From: an uncultured Chloroflexia bacterium
Lineage (GTDB): Bacteria; Chloroflexota; Limnocylindria; Limnocylindrales; CSP1-4
Length of the DNA: 64,000 nt
NCBI GenBank assembly: GCA_963734995.1
Contig: CAVTJD010000007.1
Span: 339,496-403,495, forward strand
Reading direction: 5' to 3'
The notes under the pieces were generated by a model. That model was given only the letters and a program-made list of their open reading frames with translations, ran no database searches and had not been told where the DNA came from. The position numbers were made by a program, and so were the translations under genes. Shown one piece after another: positions 26,391-35,285 of the stretch. Position 1 is the first letter of the stretch; each line of letters begins with the position of its first letter.

Positions 26391-27988
26391 GTGTCGACGT
26401 TCCTGGCTCACCGTTCTGTCTCGCGCGCTTCCGCGCAGGTCGGCGCTTCCGCGCAGGGCGGCACTTCCGGACGCGCGCGGGCCTCGCTGGAGGGGCTGGC
26501 GGCCGTCGTCCATGGTGACCCCGCCGGCTCCGATGGCTCCGGTGGATCCATCGCGGTTCGCCTCCCCGTCCTGGACACCGTCGCACCGGTCGACGCCGCC
26601 GAGGCGTTTCACGACCTGCCCGGGCTCGCCCTGCTGGAGAGCGCTCGGCCGGGCCGGACCGGTCGCTGGAGCTACCTGACGGCCGATCCGGCGGAGGTGC
26701 TGGAGGACGCCAGCCCTGGCGACGATCCGTTCCGCGACGCGCGTGCCCTGCTGGCACGGCTCGATCGATCGGCGCCGGGAGGTGGGCATGCTGTCGTTGA
26801 CGGCCGGCCGGTGGTCGGAGATGAACGTGGACCCGTGCCGCCGCCGTTCGGCGGTGGGCTCGTCGGCTACCTGGGCTATGACCTCGGTCGCCGGTTTGAG
26901 CGACTGCCGAATCTCGCGGCCGCCGACCAGGATCTGCCGGTGCTCCGACTCGCGCTCCACGACTGGGTGCTCGCATGGGATCGTCGGCTCCGTGTCGCGT
27001 GGCTGGCCGGGCGAGCGCTCGACGGCGACGGCGACCGGCTCGAGCGGCGCCTGCGTGACGTGCTCGCCCGCGTCGCGCGACCGGCGTGGCGCCGGTCGGG
27101 CGGGCCTGGACCCGCGGCGTCGAGGCACCGTTGGCATTCCGCTCGCGAACGCCTCACGACCGCTGGGTCGGCCAGGTCGGGACGATCCGGGAGGCGATCG
27201 CCCGCGGGGAGATCTACCAGGCCAACCTGGCGCGCCGCCTCGAGGCGCCGTTCAAGGGCGACCCGTGGCCGTTGTTCCGGCGACTGCGTGCGGGGGATCC
27301 GGCGCTGTTCGCCGGGTATCTCGACCTCGGTCGGCACGGCCACGGCGGTACCTCGCGGGCCATCCTGTCCGCCTCGCCGGAGCCATTCCTGTCGGTCGAC
27401 GCCGATCGCGTCGTCCGCGCGGATCCGATCAAGGGCACGCGGCCACGCGGCGGCACACCCGAGCGTGACCGCGCCCTGCTGCGCGAGCTGTTGATGAGCG
27501 CCAAGGATCAGGCCGAGAACGTGATGATCGTGGACGTGCTGCGGAACGACCTCGGCCGGGCGTGCGAACCGGGCAGCGTCCGGGTGCCGCGGCTCGTTCG
27601 CCCGGAACGGACGGCGACCGTCCAGCATCTCGTCACCACCGTGGCAGGGAGGCTTCGACCGGACGCGGACGCATTCGACCTGCTGGCGGGGGCGTTTCCG
27701 GGCGGCAGCATCACGGGTGCCCCCAAGATCCGGGCGATGGAGGTGATCGAGTCGCTGGAGCCGGTGCGGCGCGGCCCGTACTGCGGGGCGATGGTGTGGC
27801 TCGGGCCGGATGGGCGTGTCGGGTCCAGCATCCTCATCCGAACGCTGGTCGCCGATGGCGAGCGTCTGACGCTCCACGTCGGCGGCGGGATCACGTGGCG
27901 CAGCGACCCCGAGGGCGAATGGATGGAGACGGTGATCAAGGCCCGCGGGCCACTGCGTGCGCTTCAGGCGACCGAGGTCGATCGATGA
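26391..27988 (+). pseudogene. pabB: Aminodeoxychorismate synthase component I (PabB-like) split over two frames near 27060-27115
   Basis: The N-terminal domain lies in the frame of ORF 25974..27494 (…PFGGGLVGYLGYDLGRRFERLP…LRLALHDWVLAWDRR…). The chorismate-binding domain lies in ORF 27086..27988 (PLAFRS…IARGEIYQANLARR…FPGGSITGAPKIRAMEVIE…RGPYCGA…). The 5' start (GTG 26391) is uncertain. Confidence 0.7.
26425..26478. repeat. Three tandem 18-bp repeats at the 5' end of pabB, in the dmpA-pabB divergent region
   Basis: gcgcttccgcgcaggtcg / gcgcttccgcgcagggcg / gcacttccggacgcgcgc. Confidence 0.7.
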
Positions 27989-28890
27989 CGAACGGCCCTG
28001 GCTTCGTATGGATCGACGGCGAGCTACGGCCGGCGGCCGGTCCGCACGTCTCGGCGTTCGATCGTGCGTTCCAGCTGGGCGACGGGATCTTCGAGACGCT
28101 CCGGGCACGCGGCGGGCGGGTCACCGAGCTCGATGCGCACGTCGCCCGGCTGCGCCGCTCGGCCGCGGTGCTGGCCTTCGAGCTCCCGGCCGACATCGAC
28201 GCCAGGCTGGCGCGGGGCATCACGGAGCTGCTCGCGGCCGAAGGGCTGGACGGGCCGGACGGCGACGCCTCGCTCCGGATCACCGTCTCGCGCGGCACGT
28301 GGCCGTCGCGTGGCCTGCTGCCGCCCGCCGGGACGACGCTCGTGCCGACGGTCGTGATCCAGGCGTGGCCCGTGCCTCCGGTGCCTGCCGACCATCTCGA
28401 GCGCGGGCTGTCACTGGTGGCTTCCGCCATCCGGCGCGACCCGGGTAACCCGGTCGTGACGCTCAAGACGACGAGCCGGGTCGACTACGTCTACGCGCGC
28501 ATCGAGGCGCGGCAGGCAGGGGCCGAGGATGCGCTGTTCCTGACCGAGTCGGGGCACCTGTCCGAGGCGACCACGGCCAACGTGTTCCTGGTGCGCGACG
28601 CGGCCGATGGCGCCATCGAGCTCGCCACGCCCGCGCTCGAGTGCGCGATCCTGCCCGGCACCACGCGCTCCTGGCTGCTGCGCTGGGGGGCCGACGCCGG
28701 GCTGCGCCCGGTGGAGGGCTGGCTGACACCCGACGAGCTCGCGGCGGCGCGCGAGGCGTTCCTGTGCTCGTCGGTCGCGGGCGTGCTACCGGTGACCCGG
28801 TTCAACGGTCATCCGATCGGGGACGGGCGGCCCGGGCCGTGGACGATGCGGGCGAGGGCTGCGCGCGAGGCGTTCATCCGCGAGGGCTGA
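27985..28890 (+). CDS. pabC: Aminodeoxychorismate lyase / class IV aminotransferase
   Basis: FDRAFQLGDGIFETLR, EATTANVF, LPGTTRSWLL. The ATG overlaps the pabB stop (ATGA). Confidence 0.8.
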   Translation: MTNGPGFVWIDGELRPAAGPHVSAFDRAFQLGDGIFETLRARGGRVTELDAHVARLRRSAAVLAFELPADIDARLARGITELLAAEGLDGPDGDASLRITVSRGTWPSRGLLPPAGTTLVPTVVIQAWPVPPVPADHLERGLSLVASAIRRDPGNPVVTLKTTSRVDYVYARIEARQAGAEDALFLTESGHLSEATTANVFLVRDAADGAIELATPALECAILPGTTRSWLLRWGADAGLRPVEGWLTPDELAAAREAFLCSSVAGVLPVTRFNGHPIGDGRPGPWTMRARAAREAFIREG

Positions 28891-28982
28891 CGCGGGGTCG
28901 TGGTCGCGCGGGCTGACGCCGGGCTGGGCGGTGATCGCTCGGGCGGGGGCGCCCAGCCGCGCCGTGGTCATAGACTCAACGC

Positions 28983-29583
28983 ATGACGCGGGACGAGCTC
29001 ATCCTTCGCACGCGCCAGCTGATCGCCGAGGGTGAGCGGCTGGGCGCGCAGCCGTCGCTCACCGGGCTCCAGACCTGGCTCCAGCTGTCCGATGACCTGC
29101 TCGCGACCGCGTGGGGGACCATGGATCGTTACCACCTCGCGTGGCTGATGGTGGGCAAGCCCAAGGACATCGTGCGCGGACGGGCGATGAGCCGGGACGA
29201 GGAAGCCGCGTATGTGCGCGAGGTCGCGGAGCAGAAGACGGCCGCGCTGCGGATGAGCCTCGAGGCGGTCGAGCGGCAGGGGATGCCGTTCCGGGGCGAG
29301 ACCGGTGGCATCGCGACGGGCCAGGGCATGGGCGAGGTGCCGGGTGCTGCCATGGGCGAGATGTCGGGTACCGGGACGAACGCCGTCGAGCGAGCCGCCG
29401 ACGGCCGGCATGACGCCGGCGGGGCGCACCCGCCGGCTGGGCCGGGACAGCCATCGCACCATCCCGCTCGATCCCGCGATGCAGCGCCGGCTCGACGACG
29501 CGCGCCGTGCCGCGGCGGAGCACGCGGCCCACGATCCCGCCGCCCCGCGCCGGGCGCCCCGGCCGGAACGACTGCAGCGATGA
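28983..29583 (+). CDS. Hypothetical protein with an ambiguous 3' end (probable frame switch near 29380-29410)
   Basis: The N-terminal roughly 135 aa in frame of ORF 28983 look protein-like (MTRDELILRTRQLIAEGERLG…AYVREVAEQKTAALRMSLEAVERQG). From about 29385 the +1 frame (ORF 29305..29583) has the better third-position GC, and it ends in an ATGA overlap with the next gene. Confidence 0.4.
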
Positions 29584-30887
29584 CCGATCGTCTCCGCATC
29601 CCGGCCGTGGGCGGGGTGCGCGATGTCCCGGTCCCCGATCCCGTCGCCCGGGACTACCTGCTGCTGGCGCTGCGGCTCGATCAGCAGCTGCCGGGGACCG
29701 TGGACGCCTACTTCGGCCCGGCCGACCTCAAGGCACAGGTCGACATGGAGCCGCTCCGTGCTCCAGCCAGGCTGGCCGATGACGCCGCGGCCCTGCGGGA
29801 TCGCGTGGCGACCGAGGTCGCCGAGACGGACCGCCGCGACTGGCTGGATCGACAGCTGACCGCGCTCGAGACCCTCGCCCGCGTGCGCGCCGGCGCGGAG
29901 ATCGGCTACCTCGACCAGGTCTCGCGCTGCTTCGCGCACACGCCGGTTCGCCGCTCGGAGGCCCTGTTCGACGAGGCGGCGCGCGCATTGGACGGGCTGC
30001 TTCCAGGCACGACACCGCTCGCTGACCGCCTCGCGGCCTGGGACGACATGTGGACCGTCGCGCCGGAGCGGGTTCGGGCGGTCGTCGATGGCCTCGTCGA
30101 TCGGTTCCGGGCCCGCGCCGCCGGCCTGTTCGAGCTACCCGAGGGCGAGGCACTGCGGCTGTCGCTGGTCCACGGTCAGCCGTGGTCGGGCTACAACTGG
30201 TACGACGGCGGCTTCCACTCCCGGTTCGACCTCAACCTCGACCTGCCGATCAGGCTCCCTGCGCTGGTGGCGACGGTGGCCCACGAGACCTATCCCGGCC
30301 ACCACCTCGAGCACACGATCAAGGAGCGGGTGCTGGTCGAGGAGCTGGGTCGCCTGGAGGCGAGCATCCTGCTGATCAACACGCCGGAGTGCCTGATCTC
30401 GGAGGGACTGGCGGAGGCCGGCCGCACGCTGGTCGTGGCGCCCGATGAGCTCGCACCGCTGCTGGTCGAGCTGGCGGACATGGCCGGACTCGACCTCGCG
30501 TCCGACGCGGCCGTGCTTGCGGATGCGGCAGCTCGCGCGGCGACCGTCGCCGGGCTGCGTCGCACCCTGAACGGTGCGAGGCTCAACGCTGCGCTGCTGC
30601 TCCACGAGGACGGCTGGCCACCTGCACGCGTGCTCGACTACCTGGTCGACGTCGGCAGGATCGCGCCAGAGGCCGCGGCCAAGCGCATGGAGTTCATCGA
30701 CCACCCGCTGTGGCGGTTGTACGTGCACGTCTATCCCGAGGGCGAGGCGCTCATCAGGCAGTGGCTCGACGCGGCTCCCGGGGCCGACCGAGCCGCCCGC
30801 TTCGGACGGCTCCTGCGCGAGCAGCTCACGCCGCCGGCGATCGCCGGCGAGCTGGGAGCGGCGGGAGCGGCGGGAGCGGCCGGCTGA
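29580..30887 (+). CDS. DUF885-related putative metallopeptidase-like protein (HExxPGHH motif)
   Basis: MTDRLRIP… start at ATG 29580. VAHETYPGHHLEH and downstream helices resemble the DUF885 core. The C-terminus has AGAAGAAG repeats. Confidence 0.65.
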   Translation: MTDRLRIPAVGGVRDVPVPDPVARDYLLLALRLDQQLPGTVDAYFGPADLKAQVDMEPLRAPARLADDAAALRDRVATEVAETDRRDWLDRQLTALETLARVRAGAEIGYLDQVSRCFAHTPVRRSEALFDEAARALDGLLPGTTPLADRLAAWDDMWTVAPERVRAVVDGLVDRFRARAAGLFELPEGEALRLSLVHGQPWSGYNWYDGGFHSRFDLNLDLPIRLPALVATVAHETYPGHHLEHTIKERVLVEELGRLEASILLINTPECLISEGLAEAGRTLVVAPDELAPLLVELADMAGLDLASDAAVLADAAARAATVAGLRRTLNGARLNAALLLHEDGWPPARVLDYLVDVGRIAPEAAAKRMEFIDHPLWRLYVHVYPEGEALIRQWLDAAPGADRAARFGRLLREQLTPPAIAGELGAAGAAGAAG

Positions 30888-30893
30888 CGGGCC

Positions 30894-31445
30894 TCAGCGG
30901 GCTCGGATCGCGGCGACGACGGCCGCGACCACCACCTGGACCAGGGCGAGGATGCCGAACCGGGCGTCGGCGTAGGCAATCGGTCCGAGCACGCCACCCT
31001 CGGTCAGCGCCCAGGCCCACAACGCGACCAGCCCACCCACCACGGACCCGGCGGCGAGCACCGCCGCCCCAGCCGCTCGGAGCCATGGTCGCCGGCCGGG
31101 CCCGGGCACGCGCGCCCACACGACCGCGAGCGAGACCGCCCACCCCATGAACGCCGCGACGACCAGCATCCCGACGCCGAGATCGAACGATCCGAGCACC
31201 GCGTACAGGGCGGCGCCCGCCACGGTCGTGAGGGCGACGGCGGCGATGGCCTGGGCTGCCCCGGGTCCCTGGCCTGCACCAGTCGTGTCGGCGGCGACCG
31301 TCCCGTATCGCTCGCCGGGTGCCCGATCCAGCGGGCGCGTCCGCTGCGCTGCTGCCGTCGGCGGCCGATCGCCGGGCACTCGATCGTCCCGCGTCTGCTC
31401 CCCATGACCTCGATCGCCGGCGCGCCCGCCACCCGACTCATCCAT
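30894..31445 (-). CDS. Hypothetical membrane protein
   Basis: The C-terminal two-thirds forms four hydrophobic helices (AIAAVALTTVAGAALYAVLG, MLVVAAFMGWAVSLAVVW, AAGAAVLAAGSVVGGLVALWAWAL, ILALVQVVVAAVVAAI). The start is uncertain. Confidence 0.5.
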   Translation of the reverse strand: MDESGGGRAGDRGHGEQTRDDRVPGDRPPTAAAQRTRPLDRAPGERYGTVAADTTGAGQGPGAAQAIAAVALTTVAGAALYAVLGSFDLGVGMLVVAAFMGWAVSLAVVWARVPGPGRRPWLRAAGAAVLAAGSVVGGLVALWAWALTEGGVLGPIAYADARFGILALVQVVVAAVVAAIRAR

Positions 31446-31492
31446 GGCACGGATGCTACGCGCGCCCGTCCGGGACGGTATCCTCAGGAACC

Positions 31493-31972
31493 GTGAGCCA
31501 CCCCTCCCTCGGTCGTCCGCCGCGCAGCCTGAGCGTCCATCCAGAGGCCGCCAACCGGCTTCGCACGGCCCGCGACGCGATCGCCGTTCGGGCGCTCGAG
31601 GTCGCGCTCGACGCGGACCCGACGATGCGAGACCGCCACGACGAGGTGGGGCTGCGCAACCTGCTCCGCGACGCCGAGGTGCTCACCGACCAGCTCGCGC
31701 TGTGCGTGGCGGGCGACGATCCGTTCTGGCTGCGCGAGTTCGCCGATCAGTCCGCCCCGGTGTTCCGCCGGCGGAAGGTCCCGGTCGACGACGCCATCGG
31801 GCTGTGCGAGGGGATCCGGGCCGGCGCGCGAGGGTTCCTCGGCGAGCAGGAGATGGCGTCCGCGGACCGTGCGCTCGATGCCGCAATCGAGATCTATCGC
31901 TGGTACCGACGGCTGGCGGGCGACGCGCGTCGTCGAAACCCCATCGCCGCGGCGCTGTACAAGGGCGTCTAG
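31493..31972 (+). CDS. Hypothetical all-helical protein (159 aa)
   Basis: GTG 31493, preceded by AGGA, in frame of ORF 31319..31972. The start must lie beyond the divergent gene ending at 31445. No family recognised. Confidence 0.5.
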   Translation: MSHPSLGRPPRSLSVHPEAANRLRTARDAIAVRALEVALDADPTMRDRHDEVGLRNLLRDAEVLTDQLALCVAGDDPFWLREFADQSAPVFRRRKVPVDDAIGLCEGIRAGARGFLGEQEMASADRALDAAIEIYRWYRRLAGDARRRNPIAAALYKGV

Positions 31973-31980
31973 GAGCTCCG

Positions 31981-32307
31981 ATGACGATCAAGTGGGTCAA
32001 GGTGGATCCGCTGGTGATGAACGGCGAGCCGTTCTGCTACGGGACCCGGCTCACCGTGCGCCAGATGCTCGAGCTGCGGGCCAACGGCTATACGGTCGCC
32101 GGCCTGCTCAAGGACTTTCCCGAGCTCAAGCGAATGGGTATCGCGTCGGCCTACGCCTACGCCGGCGAGCATCGCGACCGATATGCCGCCTTCTTCGAGC
32201 CCGATGGCACGCTGGCCGGGCCCGGGTTCAGCGAGGAGGAGGCGGGACGTCTGCCGGATCGCCTGCGGCAACCCGGCATCGTGATCAAGGCCGCGGCCGC
32301 CGCCTGA
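31981..32307 (+). CDS. DUF433 domain protein
   Basis: MTIKWVKVDPLVMNGEPFCYGTRLTVRQMLEL matches the DUF433 signature (G-x-P-x-i-x-GTR-i-x-V). AGGAG lies 7 nt upstream of ATG 31981. Confidence 0.7.
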   Translation: MTIKWVKVDPLVMNGEPFCYGTRLTVRQMLELRANGYTVAGLLKDFPELKRMGIASAYAYAGEHRDRYAAFFEPDGTLAGPGFSEEEAGRLPDRLRQPGIVIKAAAAA

Positions 32308-32345
32308 CCCGGCTCGTCCGGCGACGGCGGGTTCGACGCTCCCTC

Positions 32346-32840
32346 TCAGCCCCCCGCCGCGAGCACGTCCGGCGCGATGTTCGGTCCGGTGACCAGGACC
32401 TCCGCGTAGCGCTCGTCTCCGTTGGCATCGCGGAGCAGGTACGCGTGGTGGACCTCGACCGCACCCGAGGCCAGCGTCGAGCTCACGGCGCAGTACCTGG
32501 TCGCCGACAGCTCGATCGAACGCCGGACGGCTTCCGGGTCCACCGACGTCCCCTCGACCACGTGGACGACGTCGAAGCGCGAGAACGAATGCGGGTGGCC
32601 GTCGCCCTGCACGCCGCTCACGCGGACCTCGTAGTGGCTCACGACCTGTCGCTTCTTGCGCAGGATCGAGATCACGTCCATCGCGGTGCACGCGGCCAGT
32701 CCCGCACCCACGAGCTCGGACGGTCGCGCGCCCGTGTCGCCCTCGCCGTCGTCGAGCACGATCGTGTGCCCGCTGCCGACCGCAACCTCGAACCGCATCC
32801 CATCGCCGGTCAGCGTGGCAACCGCCGTCTTGGTGCTCAC
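32346..32840 (-). CDS. OsmC/Ohr-family peroxiredoxin-like protein
   Basis: [20 protein letters not shown] and [14 protein letters not shown] (two conserved Cys). Confidence 0.85.
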   Translation of the reverse strand: MSTKTAVATLTGDGMRFEVAVGSGHTIVLDDGEGDTGARPSELVGAGLAACTAMDVISILRKKRQVVSHYEVRVSGVQGDGHPHSFSRFDVVHVVEGTSVDPEAVRRSIELSATRYCAVSSTLASGAVEVHHAYLLRDANGDERYAEVLVTGPNIAPDVLAAGG

Positions 32841-33259
32841 GCCAGGGCCTCCGCCGCGTACCGTTCCTCGACGGCCGTCACCGCACGCACCAGCTTCGCC
32901 CGTGCCTCGGCCGCCACCTCCGCGACCGTGGGGTCATCGACCAGGCCCAGGGCTGCCTGTGGGTCCATCGCCTCCACGATCACCCCGTCGCTGGTCTCGC
33001 GGACGACCACGTTGCAGGGCAGGAGCGCCCCCGCCGCCGGATCGGCCGTCAGCGCGCGGTGGGCGAGCGGCGGATTGCACGCGCCGAGGATCAGGTATGG
33101 GCTCTGCGCCACGCCGAGCTTGGCCCGCAACGTGGCCGCGACGTCGATCTCGGTCAGCACGCCGAAGCCCTCGGCGCGCAATGCGGCCTCGACGCCCTCA
33201 CGGACATCGTCGAACGGCGCGGCAACGCGGGCGCCGAAGGTGTATCGATCGTCGAACAT
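32837..33259 (-). CDS. DUF302 domain protein
   Basis: [18 protein letters not shown]…[16 protein letters not shown]…LPCNVVV is the DUF302 pattern. It overlaps the OsmC start by 4 nt. Confidence 0.8.
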   Translation of the reverse strand: MFDDRYTFGARVAAPFDDVREGVEAALRAEGFGVLTEIDVAATLRAKLGVAQSPYLILGACNPPLAHRALTADPAAGALLPCNVVVRETSDGVIVEAMDPQAALGLVDDPTVAEVAAEARAKLVRAVTAVEERYAAEALA

Positions 33260-33426
33260 GGGATCTCCCTGGGGTTGGCTCCATGGTGCCCATAGTTGCG
33301 TGTTTGCGCAAATGGTCGACTGGCCACCAGGACGTGGGCCGAAGGTCCCGCGAACGGCCCCGGCTGTCGCGGCCTCGAAACCGTGCGCCCGGGCATTTCC
33401 GAGCCAGGTGGTAGGATTTCGCGACG

Positions 33427-33765
33427 ATGACCGACGCCCAGCCTCAGATCGCCCCTTCGCCTGCCGCCGACCCCGGTTTCGACGCTCAGCGTCGCGCGAC
33501 CGAGCTCGCGATCCTCGATGCCCTGCGGGCCGTCGTGGACCCCGAGATCGGCATGAACGTGGTCGAGCTCGCGCTGATCAAGCAGGTCGTCCTGGGCCCG
33601 GAGTCGACCGAGATCAAGATGATCCTGACGACGCCCTTCTGCCCGTATGCCGGTGCGATGATCCAGCAGGTCAAGGAGCAGGCCGAGAGCGTGGTGGAGC
33701 ATCCGGTCAAGGTCACCCTGCTGGCCGAGCGCTGGGATCCGCGTGACGCCGGCCTGATGTGGTGA
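33427..33765 (+). CDS. DUF59 / SufT-like Fe-S assembly domain protein
   Basis: [23 protein letters not shown]…[14 protein letters not shown] (conserved Cys). Confidence 0.8.
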   Translation: MTDAQPQIAPSPAADPGFDAQRRATELAILDALRAVVDPEIGMNVVELALIKQVVLGPESTEIKMILTTPFCPYAGAMIQQVKEQAESVVEHPVKVTLLAERWDPRDAGLMW

Positions 33766-33778
33766 GCGCCGCCGTCGC

Positions 33779-34450
33779 ATGACCCGCCGGCTGTCCTATC
33801 AGAGCGCCGTCGCCACCGGCCGAGGCGACGACGGAACCACCGGGCTTCTGTTCGGTGGAGAGCGCGTGCGCAAGGACGATCTCCGGACCGAGGCCTACGG
33901 GGCGGTCGACGAGGCGGTCGCCGCGCTGGGTCTTGCCCGTGCCGAGCTCAATATGAAGGCCCAGTACGGTGTGCTCCAGGCGGGCATCGGCGGGCTGGGA
34001 GACCTGATCCTGCGGCTGCAGCGCGAGCTGTTCGTGGTCGGCGCGGAGCTGGCCACCAACCCCGAGGCCCGGGAGCGCCAGAAGGACGGCACCACCCGTG
34101 TGTCCGGGACGATGGTCGACGGGCTCGATGGCGTGCTCCGGGAGATGGAGGCCGGTGTCGAGCTGCCGCGTGAGTTCGTGGTCCCCGGTGAGACGCGGCT
34201 GAGCGCGTCCCTGGAGCTTGCCCGTACCGTGGTGCGACGCGCCGAGCGACGTGCGGTGACCCTGGCCGCGGTCGACCCCGGCATGGCGGCGGGGCAGGTC
34301 GTGGCCTATCTCAACCGGCTGGCAGACCTGCTGTGGATCCTGGCGCGTGCGGCCGAGCACGCCGAGGCGAGAGGGGCCACCATGGCCCGGAGCCGTATGA
34401 CCGACGACGCGCAACCGGGCGCCACGTCATTCGAGAGGAGCCGTTCGTGA
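33779..34450 (+). CDS. PduO-type ATP:cob(I)alamin adenosyltransferase
   Basis: TGRGDDGTTGLLFGGERVRKDDLRTEAYGAVDE…LQRELFVVGAELAT…FVVPGE…ARTVVRRAER. Confidence 0.85.
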   Translation: MTRRLSYQSAVATGRGDDGTTGLLFGGERVRKDDLRTEAYGAVDEAVAALGLARAELNMKAQYGVLQAGIGGLGDLILRLQRELFVVGAELATNPEARERQKDGTTRVSGTMVDGLDGVLREMEAGVELPREFVVPGETRLSASLELARTVVRRAERRAVTLAAVDPGMAAGQVVAYLNRLADLLWILARAAEHAEARGATMARSRMTDDAQPGATSFERSRS

Positions 34451-35175
34451 TCAACACCCGATACACCCCGTCGCAGCTGGGGGTCCGCCCGGCGCCGGCG
34501 CTCGTCCAGCAGCTGCTGGTGGGCGCCTTCGGCTGGATGTTCGCCGGGCTCCTGGTGTCGGCAGCCGTCGCCTTCGTCGTGACCACCAGCACCTCGCTGC
34601 TCCAGACCGTGGCGCAGTGGTGGCTGCCGCTGATACTCGGCCAGTTCGGGCTGGTGATCGCGATCCAGGCCGGCATCCGTCGCTTCTCGCCCACCACCAG
34701 CCTCGCGCTGTTCTTCGTCTATGCGGCCACGATGGGGCTGACCCTGGGCGTGATCGTGTGGTCGTTCACCAGCTCGCCCACCGGGACCACATCGGATGGT
34801 GGGGCCGCGGTCGCGACCGCGTTCTTCTCCACGGCCGCCATGTTCGGCGCGGCGGCCGTCTACGGCGCCGTGGCCAAGCGGGACCTGACCAAGCTGGGCG
34901 GCATCCTGTTCATGGGTCTGATCGGGCTGCTCGTGGCGATGGTGGTCAACATCTTCGTGGCCTCGAGCACCCTCGAGTGGATCATCTCGATCGGCGGCGT
35001 TGGCCTGTTCGCCGTGCTCACCGCGTACGACGTCCAGCGGATCGCGCGGGGCGACTACGCGGCCATCACCGGGTCACCCGAGCGTGGCTCGATCATCGCC
35101 GCGCTGCACCTGTACCTCGACTTCATCAACATGTTCCTGTTCATGCTCCGCATCTTCGGCGGGTCCCGCAGCTAG
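34447..35175 (+). CDS. Bax inhibitor-1/YccA-family membrane protein
   Basis: Seven hydrophobic segments. The C-terminal IIAALHLYLDFINMFLFMLRIFGG is the family signature. The GTG start overlaps the PduO stop (GTGA). Confidence 0.85.
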   Translation: MINTRYTPSQLGVRPAPALVQQLLVGAFGWMFAGLLVSAAVAFVVTTSTSLLQTVAQWWLPLILGQFGLVIAIQAGIRRFSPTTSLALFFVYAATMGLTLGVIVWSFTSSPTGTTSDGGAAVATAFFSTAAMFGAAAVYGAVAKRDLTKLGGILFMGLIGLLVAMVVNIFVASSTLEWIISIGGVGLFAVLTAYDVQRIARGDYAAITGSPERGSIIAALHLYLDFINMFLFMLRIFGGSRS

Positions 35176-35285
35176 GGGCATCCGGCAACCTGTCTGCTCG
35201 CGCCCCGGGGCGGGCCCCGCAGCGTGTCGGGTCGCGACACCGGACGGGTCACGCGACCCGGCGAAAGGTCGCGGATCGGCGAGGG

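Noticed and set aside
32318-32345. GGGTTCGACGC T-loop-like sequence, considered as a tRNA fragment.
   Set aside because: The flanking bases do not form a T-stem or an acceptor stem, and no anticodon arm can be drawn.
33303-33312. Perfect palindrome TTTGCGCAAA in the DUF302/DUF59 divergent spacer.
   Set aside because: It is only 10 bp with no second copy or adjacent regulator. It could be an operator, but the evidence is too thin to call.
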